A stretch of DNA of 41,727 nt from a virus. Taxonomy: Duplodnaviria; Caudoviricetes. Below the pieces are notes generated by a model. It was given only the letters and a program-made list of their open reading frames with translations. It ran no database searches and was not told the origin of the DNA. Each line of letters starts with the position of its first letter. The first letter of the stretch is position 1. The position numbers were made by a program, and so were the translations under genes. The stretch is taken from positions 1 through 41,727 of the IMG/VR virus record IMGVR_UViG_3300047545_000413; one strand, 5' to 3'. This document shows, piece after piece, positions 1-8,165 of the stretch.

Positions 1-546
1 GTTCTGAAATATGGTCTATTGCTGGCTACGCATTAGACGATATGCCACTTTTTACCGTTGAGATTGTCGCAGTTATCTTTTATTTTTCTGGAATTGTATT
101 GTTTATTTCAAACACATTTCCTAATTTTATTAGTAACTTAAATGTTACTTAAAGCGAGTTAATGTATTAAATAAGATATAAAATGTTTACCGAACGGGCT
201 ATTTGTAAGAAAAAGTAGCGTAAATTACAAAAAAGTTACCGATCGGGGCATTTTGTAAGATTTGGTAATGCAGTGCATTATTTGTCATCAAAATAACAAA
301 TAGCCGCAAAAATTGGCTTTATTTGTCATTAGAATGGTAAATAAAGGCAATAAGGTCATTAAAACTGCGTATTCCAGCGTTTTCAACAAAATCCTGTTAA
401 TAATTGCTTTAAATGCGTCTAAAATTTGTATGCAAATATTGGACAACAATGTCCTATTTTTGTAATGTTTTTTCCTTACTTTTTATTAACTTAACATTGG
501 TTTATTTAAAATAACATAGTGAATGTTATTGTTAAAACAAAGTGAA

Positions 547-900
547 TTATAGCTCTAACGGATCTAAACCCAATTCGTGAGCAACTAGCCTACAGCGTGT
601 ACGAAATGGTTTGCCATGCTGCAACCACTTATCACCCTTTTGCTTATGAAAGCTCATGTGGATCATTTCATGGGCTAGTGTCGTTATAACGGTGTAGTAT
701 TGACCACACCTTGCAGAAGATACGGTGACGATGTGTTCATAATCCTCTCCCGTATCAAATAAATATGTCCCCATCAGCTCTGGATCAGCAGTAACAATAA
801 ACTCTATTTCTTCAGGCAATGGCATATTCCATTTAGTATAGGGATAGCAACACACCAGCGATGCGTATAAATTTCTAAGGATCGCTGGAGTAAGTTTCAT
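547..900 (-). CDS. SprT-like zinc metalloprotease-domain protein
   Basis: HExxH motif (LAHEMIH) followed by HGKPF; 117 aa; directly downstream of the 905-2137 ORF. Confidence 0.6.
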   Translation of the reverse strand: MKLTPAILRNLYASLVCCYPYTKWNMPLPEEIEFIVTADPELMGTYLFDTGEDYEHIVTVSSARCGQYYTVITTLAHEMIHMSFHKQKGDKWLQHGKPFRTRCRLVAHELGLDPLEL

Positions 901-904
901 GCCT

Positions 905-2137
905 TCATGCGCTCCAGCTTACCCATGTCGTATTGATTGGCTTTGTTTTCCTATCCACATTGACTGGGCAGGAAAATGTAATTCCATGTAAAGGATGAGT
1001 AATCCATAAGGCTTGACGAGGTGGCTCATATCCAAAGTTATTGGAATAAGCGTATTCGCAATAGCCTTTTAGTGATCCATTAACGATCAGGCGTTGTAGC
1101 TGGATTAGCTGGTGGAAGTGACCAATCAGCATTGTGTCGTATTCCTGATCTATTTGTGCGTTCCTAGAACGCTTTTTATGATCCCCACGAATAATTGCAC
1201 CAAGGCAGCCAATAACCCCATCACCACCACGAAATTGATCGCCATGAGTGAGTAGATATTTATAACCATAGACTTGATAATAAGCGTCAGAGCCGTCAGG
1301 TATGAAGAAAGTAACTCTCTTATCATTTTCAAATCTCTTATTTAAGAACTGGTACATTAGCCAGTCAAAGTTTGTGTAGTTACGATTCTTGTTTTGTATC
1401 TTATGTGTATTGCGCCCGTGATTGCCTGTAACGCATGGCACAAACACTTTTCCAAACTCATTTGCTAAGATTTCAATACACCATACAAGCGTTCCCCATA
1501 GGTCTAATACACAAGGCATTACTTCCATATCATTAGTAGTCGCTAACTCCTCATGGATATTCCCAGAGAACATATCTCCGCCTAGAGCAAACACTACTCC
1601 CTCATACTTAGGATTATTAAAGCGATTCTTAAGTAGATCGATAGAGGTTTCTATAAAGGCTCTAGCCCTATCCTGAGCAATCTTAAGGTTATATTCATTA
1701 ACTCCGCCTACTTGGGCAGGATCTACTACTTCTCCCCAATGCCAGTCAGATGCTAAGAGAGTAGGGATACCAGTTACATTATGACCTTTTGGCTTTTTAA
1801 TAAGCCATTCAGGAGGGCTTACATCTTGCTCGATTAACTTTATTATTTTGCGTTTAATGTATTCAGCATTGAAATCTTCTTTAGCCTGAGCGTTAATAGA
1901 GGTTTCTAGTTGCCTAATCTTATTTCTAGCCTCAGATAACTCAAAAACTACCCCTTCTTCTGTTGGCTTAATATTTTCATTAGGCACAAAGCCTTTTGAT
2001 ATAGCAGAGTTATACCTAGCTCTATAGGTATTTAAGGGTATTCCAACAGCTTTAGCTGCTTCAGTAAATGAATTAAGCCGATAATATTCGTTTACAGTTT
2101 GTTGCAATATATGATCTGGAACTGATTTGGCTGCCAT
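905..2137 (-). CDS. Calcineurin-like metallophosphoesterase with N-terminal HTH/coiled-coil region
   Basis: Ordered motifs SDWH, GGD, GNHGR, THGD, GHFH. Confidence 0.75.
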   Translation of the reverse strand: MAAKSVPDHILQQTVNEYYRLNSFTEAAKAVGIPLNTYRARYNSAISKGFVPNENIKPTEEGVVFELSEARNKIRQLETSINAQAKEDFNAEYIKRKIIKLIEQDVSPPEWLIKKPKGHNVTGIPTLLASDWHWGEVVDPAQVGGVNEYNLKIAQDRARAFIETSIDLLKNRFNNPKYEGVVFALGGDMFSGNIHEELATTNDMEVMPCVLDLWGTLVWCIEILANEFGKVFVPCVTGNHGRNTHKIQNKNRNYTNFDWLMYQFLNKRFENDKRVTFFIPDGSDAYYQVYGYKYLLTHGDQFRGGDGVIGCLGAIIRGDHKKRSRNAQIDQEYDTMLIGHFHQLIQLQRLIVNGSLKGYCEYAYSNNFGYEPPRQALWITHPLHGITFSCPVNVDRKTKPINTTWVSWSA

Positions 2138-2335
2138 ATAAGCCCTTAACTAATTGATTTTAAAGATTATGTATTATTTTTACTACAAATTTTATGTTTA
2201 AATCGCTTATTTTTCGATTAGAGCCATTATTTACGCCATTTGATACTTCCTAACAAACGCTTTTGAACTTGTTTTATTAACAAGTGAATAGATAAGAAGG
2301 AACGACCAGCAAAGCCAAGCCCAGTATAGAGCAGA

Positions 2336-2393
2336 TCTAACCATGGTTATAGAATCTCTAACTCCCATTAGAGAATTTCTAACCATGGTTATA
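2336..2393. repeat. Two 16-bp direct repeats TCTAACCATGGTTATA, each with a 12-bp palindrome, placed symmetrically around a central hairpin
   Basis: Copies at 2336-2351 and 2378-2393; TCTCTAA/TTAGAGA stem at 2355-2374. Confidence 0.85.
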
Positions 2394-2476
2394 AAATATA
2401 ATGTAGGTTACACATAAATAACAACTTTGTTTGTATAATATAATTATTATGTTATACTAACAACATCTTAAAAGGA

Positions 2477-2935
2477 GTGAACATGGCAACTGGAACTTAT
2501 GTAAAAGAAACTATATCGGCTGATGGCGAGATTATCACATCTGAAAAGCAGTTCTGGAAAAAGAGCGATGAGCCTCAGTTTATAAAATTGTACTGCGATG
2601 ATGTAGGGCTATTAAACAAGATTAGCCCATTTGAGAGCAAGGTTCTTTTGGCTATGGCAATAAACGCAGATTATAACAATGAGGTTCATACAAGCAAGTC
2701 ACATAGAGATCTTATGGCTGAATACTTAAACAGTTCAGAGAACTCCATACAAGTAACCATTTATAAGCTAGAGAAAAAGGGATTGATAGTAAAAAGATGT
2801 ACTGGGCTATATATGTTAGACCCAACTTGGTTTACAAAGCAGAGCTGGAGCAAAACAAAGGATCTAAAGAAAGAGTTTATAAAGCTGACAATTACCTACT
2901 CTGAAAAAAATGGTAGAGAGGTAGAGGTTTTGTAA
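2477..2935 (+). CDS. RepL-like winged-helix replication/maintenance protein
   Basis: AAGGAG upstream; EPQFIKLY N-terminus, helix-turn-helix-like core and GLYMLDP C-terminal motif resemble the RepL family. Confidence 0.5.
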   Translation: MNMATGTYVKETISADGEIITSEKQFWKKSDEPQFIKLYCDDVGLLNKISPFESKVLLAMAINADYNNEVHTSKSHRDLMAEYLNSSENSIQVTIYKLEKKGLIVKRCTGLYMLDPTWFTKQSWSKTKDLKKEFIKLTITYSEKNGREVEVL

Positions 2936-3492
2936 TGATAGTTACAAGAAAATGGATAGAAGCTCACAGAACTCCTAAAGGCGGATACAGTACCGCTCAA
3001 ATTCGTGCGCTTAGTGGATCTGACAGAGTATTAAAAGGATGGCTAGAAAATGCAATAGGAACTGAAATATCTGAAGCAGTTAAGATTGTGTTTGAATCTG
3101 GCAAACAAGGCAAAAATGTTCCTAAAAAACTAGCAAAGAAATTTAAAAATGGAATGATAGTAAAAAAGCCAGAAATACAATTGTCACAAAAAATAACAAA
3201 AGTTAAGTTAAAAAAATATTCATCAACAACTTCAAAAGCAACACACCACGACTTCTTGCAATCATACGCATGGAGGCAAGTTAGGATGCAAGCGTTAATT
3301 AAATATGGAAGAAAATGTCAGTGTTGTGGAGCAACTCCTGAAACTGGAGCAATAATGAATGTAGATCATATAAAGCCAAGAAAAACACATCCTGAGTTAG
3401 CTTTATCATTAAGTAATCTTCAAGTGTTATGCCATGAATGTAATCATGGAAAAGGAAATTGGGATACAACAGACTGGCGCAACATTGCGTAA
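2935..3492 (+). CDS. HNH endonuclease (free-standing)
   Basis: CQCC...VDHIKP...NLQVLCHECNHGK. Confidence 0.85.
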   Translation: MIVTRKWIEAHRTPKGGYSTAQIRALSGSDRVLKGWLENAIGTEISEAVKIVFESGKQGKNVPKKLAKKFKNGMIVKKPEIQLSQKITKVKLKKYSSTTSKATHHDFLQSYAWRQVRMQALIKYGRKCQCCGATPETGAIMNVDHIKPRKTHPELALSLSNLQVLCHECNHGKGNWDTTDWRNIA

Positions 3493-3525
3493 TAATAATA
3501 TTATGTCAAACAACAGAAAGTAAAC

Positions 3526-3873
3526 ATGAAAATAACCTTCCCTTGGTATCCTCGTGAATTAAGTCCAAACTGGGTAGGTCATTTCCACACAAAAGCCAAA
3601 TATAAATCGTTCTACAAGCAAGTATGCAAAGAACAAACCATTCAAATAATGGATCAAATAAAACTTGCAAAAAATCAGGAATATACCGAAATGTATATAA
3701 CATTTACACCGCCAGATAGACGGTGGCGTGATAGCGACAATATGCTGGCTAGTATAAAAAGCGGGTTAGACGGTATGTGCGAAGCCTTAGAAATTAACGA
3801 TAAATGCTTTGAACATATCCACATTCACCGTTTAAAAGAAATTGGCGGATTTATTACAGTCCAGCTTAAATAA
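3526..3873 (+). CDS. RusA-like Holliday junction resolvase
   Basis: PPDRRWRDSDNMLASIKSGLDG matches the RusA DxDN..K...D catalytic pattern. Confidence 0.7.
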   Translation: MKITFPWYPRELSPNWVGHFHTKAKYKSFYKQVCKEQTIQIMDQIKLAKNQEYTEMYITFTPPDRRWRDSDNMLASIKSGLDGMCEALEINDKCFEHIHIHRLKEIGGFITVQLK

Positions 3874-3886
3874 TAAATAGCGTCAA

Positions 3887-3978
3887 AATTTTTTTAAAAG
3901 ATTTCCCTGATCCATTAATTTTACGGAGGGGGTATTAATTTTTATCGGCTTAATTTTTTTTTAAAAGATTTCCCTGAT
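3887..3978. repeat. Direct repeat AA(T)n-AAAAGATTTCCCTGAT, two copies
   Basis: Copies at 3887-3911 and 3952-3978 in the intergenic gap between convergent genes. Confidence 0.7.
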
Positions 3979-4321
3979 ACCCCCACAGCAGTAGGGAAAA
4001 GCTATCAAAAAACCGTTTTACATAGTTAAAAACTATCATAAGAGCGTTTTTTGGGTATATCGGCACAATGGCATAATTAAAACGCATAGATCAACCCACA
4101 ATGCGTTAAAAACCATTGGATATACCTATACTGCCCAAATTGTAAAAGAGGCATACGGGGCGTTTAAACCCTTATATGTAAAAAAGTATTAAAGCAATGG
4201 CAAACCCCTGCCATAAGAATATCGGCAAAAAAAGCATAGGGTAACAATGCCTAAAAAATAGGCGATAGCCAATACCTAAGCAATAAGGCAAAAATGCCCT
4301 ATTGTTTAGCTACTGAAAAGC

Positions 4322-4344
4322 AAAAAACCCCCATATAGGGGGTT
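4322..4344 (-). terminator. Rho-independent terminator for the leftward small-gene cluster
   Basis: AACCCCC-ATATA-GGGGGTT stem with a T run on the minus strand, immediately after the 4347 stop. Confidence 0.6.
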
Positions 4345-4346
4345 AA

Positions 4347-4541
4347 TTAAACTAATTGATAGGTAGAGCCATTCCAAAACTCAAGGCGGTCAAAACTAAC
4401 CTTATCACTAGTAGATCGTTGGGCTTGTTTTAATGCGTCTTGATGATCTAGTGCGCCTATCATAATGAAGCCATAACGACCCATATAGCGATAAGATAGT
4501 AATCCCTTAATGGCGCATGGTTTATTTGTGAAGTGATCCAT
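4347..4541 (-). CDS. Hypothetical protein
   Basis: 64-aa ORF in the co-oriented leftward cluster; AGGAG upstream. Confidence 0.55.
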   Translation of the reverse strand: MDHFTNKPCAIKGLLSYRYMGRYGFIMIGALDHQDALKQAQRSTSDKVSFDRLEFWNGSTYQLV

Positions 4542-4692
4542 TATGCAAGCTCCTGAATAGATAAGATATTGATTAAAGTAGATTCACGCCTATATATGGT
4601 TTGAATTGCTGCTTCGATAGAGTGAGCCGTAACAATCATATTTTCGGCTACATTGTTGCGAGATATAACGGCTAGGAATGTTTTAAACATGA

Positions 4693-4890
4693 TTACCCCT
4701 TATAGCCGTAAGAGCACGCCACAAAGTGCTCAAAATTGGTTAGCTTGCGAACTTTGGCAATGCTAACGGCTAATTCTCTTATCTCTTTACCAGTAATAGC
4801 CTTAACCATGCCACGTTCAAAATTGCATGAACATTGAGCCAAGTCTTTAGCCATTGAATTGTGCAAGCTCTGGATTGTTTGTAATTGCAT
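4693..4890 (-). CDS. Hypothetical protein
   Basis: 65-aa ORF; AAGGA upstream. Confidence 0.55.
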   Translation of the reverse strand: MQLQTIQSLHNSMAKDLAQCSCNFERGMVKAITGKEIRELAVSIAKVRKLTNFEHFVACSYGYKG

Positions 4891-5201
4891 AATAAAATCC
4901 TTTTCTGTTATCGGTCAAAATTAACCGCATAAAGGGGCTATAAAAACCCCCTTAAACTGTTTATTTTGGTAACCGCCAATTAGACTTAATCACCCCATTA
5001 ACACGCTTACGAAAAGCCATAGCCTCCCAATAATCGGAAAATTCTAGCTTATTAATATAAGCTGTTATTCCGTTAGCGTGCGCCTCCCAATAGTGAACTG
5101 AATACATAATTAAACCCCTGTAAGTGCAACGGCAAACATATAGCCCAATACAATGCCAAGGGCTAGGAAAGAGAGAAAAGAAAGTAATTTATTAAACATG
5201 A

Positions 5202-5477
5202 TTAACGGCTTTCAATGGTAGATACATCAAAACAATAGGAATAGCCCTTACCATCTGCTGAATCCCCATAACGCATATTGGATAAATTCCAGTCTAGATT
5301 ATGCTTAGACACCAATGCTTTGACGGCTTCAAAATGGGCTAAAACTGAATCACGATCATAAGGGAATGAGATTACCGCTTCAAACCCTTTAGAACCGCAA
5401 AATCCTACTGTGTAGGCTTTAATTCGTGCTCCCCTTGAATTAGTAGGGTTTAAAAATTTGGTGTGAATAGCAATCAT
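5202..5477 (-). CDS. Hypothetical phage protein
   Basis: Likely start MIAIHTKF at 5477 with AAAGG upstream; PTNSRGARIKA motif typical of small phage proteins. Confidence 0.6.
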   Translation of the reverse strand: MIAIHTKFLNPTNSRGARIKAYTVGFCGSKGFEAVISFPYDRDSVLAHFEAVKALVSKHNLDWNLSNMRYGDSADGKGYSYCFDVSTIESR

Positions 5478-5555
5478 GGTAGAACCTTTCGAGTAGTGTT
5501 TAAATTGACTAAGACGCTTCCCAGCGTTTCGGCTCATAAAGCCTCATCAGTTAGC

Positions 5556-5885
5556 CTATGCGTTTGCGTAAAACTCCGCCACTTCATCTGCTACTTGTTC
5601 ACAATCTTTTTCGGCTTGGTCGCAGTTGTAGCCCATATCGTAAATCGTATCTTCTAACGAGTTGCCATAGATTAGATAGAAGGTGCAAGCCTTGGAACTG
5701 TCATAGATAGTGGAGTAAGTCATAGAACCCATGTCGGTTTGCGTTGCCCAGTCGTACAGCTCAGTTTTAGTATGACCATTTGAAGAAATGCGTTCTTCAC
5801 CATCGCCAACGGAAACGAGCTTATAGCCCTTTGCAGTCATGCGTTTGTCGATCTGCTTTAATACTTTTAAATAGAAGTGAGTCAT
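5556..5885 (-). CDS. Hypothetical protein
   Basis: Likely start MTHFYLK at 5885 (AAAGG upstream), which avoids overlap with the next gene. Confidence 0.6.
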   Translation of the reverse strand: MTHFYLKVLKQIDKRMTAKGYKLVSVGDGEERISSNGHTKTELYDWATQTDMGSMTYSTIYDSSKACTFYLIYGNSLEDTIYDMGYNCDQAEKDCEQVADEVAEFYANA

Positions 5886-5898
5886 AGTTAAATACCTT

Positions 5899-6528
5899 TC
5901 AGTTAAATTCAATTGAGAGCTTAGTAGGGCGAGTAATGATGGTCTGCTTTTCACCCTTATATTCGGAGTGAGCCTTAATAGTGGCTGTAAATTCGATGGT
6001 ATTACCTTCGGCAACTGGTACAAATTCGGAGTTATGCTTAAAGGTAAAGCCAAAATTAGCCTTAGTCTTATAGATAACACGATTCCCAGCAGAGTCACGC
6101 AACAGGTAAACCTCTTGGCTTGCTCGGTCATAGTAGCTAAAGGCCACACAATCAACAGTTAAGACCTTTTCAACCACACAACGGAAAGAGCATTTCTCAG
6201 CAACTACACCCAAGAAAGCAGAGCGAGCCTTTTGCTCATTAATAGCCTTTTCACGCTCTAAACGCTTTTCAGCCCAAGTGTCAATTGTCTTAATTACTGC
6301 GTCATATTGCTTGGGGGATAACTTGCCATAATTAGCCAAGGAATCAGCCATAGAAGCAAGGAAAGAGCCTTCTTTAAAACTGCCATTAATTAGGAAAGAG
6401 CAAACCTCAGCACCACGCTCATAAGTACGCTCGAAAGTTTTACGAGCATTGCCCAAGATGCGAGCCTGAACTGCTGCGACATATGCGCCCTCGTTCTCAA
6501 CATGCTCAGGAACATTTACATGAATCAT
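5899..6528 (-). CDS. Hypothetical protein with possible C-terminal OB-like beta domain
   Basis: GGAGG before ATG 6528; C-terminus FTATIKAHSEYKGEKQTIITRP. Confidence 0.6.
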   Translation of the reverse strand: MIHVNVPEHVENEGAYVAAVQARILGNARKTFERTYERGAEVCSFLINGSFKEGSFLASMADSLANYGKLSPKQYDAVIKTIDTWAEKRLEREKAINEQKARSAFLGVVAEKCSFRCVVEKVLTVDCVAFSYYDRASQEVYLLRDSAGNRVIYKTKANFGFTFKHNSEFVPVAEGNTIEFTATIKAHSEYKGEKQTIITRPTKLSIEFN

Positions 6529-7491
6529 AAGACCTCCAAAGAAACAATTAAGGGAACCACACGCAGTAATTTTACTAAACAATAACTAAACAGGTCAAAC
6601 AATGCCCATAAATAATGATGAGGGAAAACGGACAGCAAACCCTTATGATATATAGAACAGTAGAGTTCTTGTTTAGTTAATGAGATAGTCCCAAGAACAG
6701 GGAAAACGCCTTAAAACGCCTGTATTCAAGCCCTATGGACAATTTCACCATATAAGATATTTACTAATTTTTGCCAAGTTGCAACAAATAAGCAGGAACG
6801 GCTCGCCATTATTCCACCTTTAAAAGCCTCATTTACCCATATAGAAAAATAGACAGTAGATAGAAATACATGAGGGAAGGATATAGAGAGCAATGAAGGA
6901 ATGAAAGAGGGAAGGAAATACAGGATAAGAGATATAACAGGGGATAGAGATAGATTAAGGGAATAAGAATAGATACCTAGTAAACATAAGAGATAACACT
7001 GAATACAGGATAGATGATAGATCACCCATGAGTAGATAAACCTAGATAAATACAGGGATAGATCAGCAATACACCATGAAAGAGATAGATCAATACATAA
7101 CTAAACAGGATTACATGATTGGTAAGAGAGAGCAAACAAGCAGGGGATAAAAGATAAGAGAGGGAAGGGGAATAGATATTATGGTTTATTAGTCATTCAC
7201 CCAAATCTAATAGTCTTTCCCTATTAGCCTTGTTTGACATAATCCCTGTTATACGCATAAACCCCTGATCTAATAGGCTTAGGCTATCCACTAATGAATG
7301 ATGACCGATTTAAACGCCCCATATTCATTAGAATTTTTTAATATATCGTGATACCATGCGCCTAATGATCGTTTGATAGCGAGCCGATTGGGGGCATTGT
7401 ATGGCAGGGCTATCAGCCGACAGGGGGGGTGGTCGATGGCTATACCGTCATGGCATATCCAAACCACAATTCCATTGTTTACTTTTCGTTT

Positions 7492-7692
7492 ATGCTAACT
7501 CAATCCGATCTACTACTCATCCTCGAAGTCCTCACTGATTCATTTGATGATGTGAACCTCTCTTATCTACACTATGAGTCTATTTATAAGAACTCCCCTA
7601 GTCGTAAGGCAAAGATAGAAGGGATGAAGCGTATGGTAGATAAACACGCTCATGCTATTGACATAGTTGAATCATTATTAAGGAGAGAATGA
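7492..7692 (+). CDS. Hypothetical protein
   Basis: ORF abutting terS; likely start MLTQSD at 7492. Confidence 0.5.
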   Translation: MLTQSDLLLILEVLTDSFDDVNLSYLHYESIYKNSPSRKAKIEGMKRMVDKHAHAIDIVESLLRRE

Positions 7693-7693
7693 G

Positions 7694-8014
7694 ATGGCTG
7701 GTAAGCAAGGGTTACATTTAAAAGGCAAGAAATTAGGCGGGCGTAAGAAAGGTGTACCGAATAAGGTCACTGCCTCAGTTAAAGATGCCTTTACCGCAGC
7801 GTATAAATCTATCGGTGGAGATAAGGCACTGGCAGACTGGGCTAGGGCTAATCCAACTCACTTCTATCAGCTCTATGCCAAGCTAATCCCACAAGATATT
7901 AATAAAACAGTCGAGCATCGTGTTCCTACTCAGATTACCTTTAATGCAGTCGATATGTCAGGTGGTAGGCAGGTCGAGTTCGTCAATAAGGAAGATGTAA
8001 TCGATGCTGAGTAG
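7694..8014 (+). CDS. terS: Terminase small subunit (putative)
   Basis: GGRKKGVPNKVT motif; position just upstream of terL. Confidence 0.7.
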   Translation: MAGKQGLHLKGKKLGGRKKGVPNKVTASVKDAFTAAYKSIGGDKALADWARANPTHFYQLYAKLIPQDINKTVEHRVPTQITFNAVDMSGGRQVEFVNKEDVIDAE

Positions 8015-8165
8015 GGGGGTCACTTTTTGTAGGGGGGGGTGGTCTGAAATGTGCATTATTTTGCACAAAAAAATCCCAAAATCAACTTGTTGATACCTTG
8101 AGATTGCAATATTGCCACTTATCATTATTGCTCTAACCCATTGATTTATAACGAAACAGGACACA

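Noticed and set aside
4683-5204. 13-bp repeat TTAAACATGATTA at two gene junctions (4683-4695, 5192-5204)
   Set aside because: Only two short AT-rich copies made up largely of stop and start codons; too weak to call a cassette system.
6726-7025. 99-aa hydrophobic minus-strand ORF
   Set aside because: Leu/Ser/Ile/Phe richness follows from the pyrimidine-rich strand of the skewed tract; no RBS or recognisable motif.
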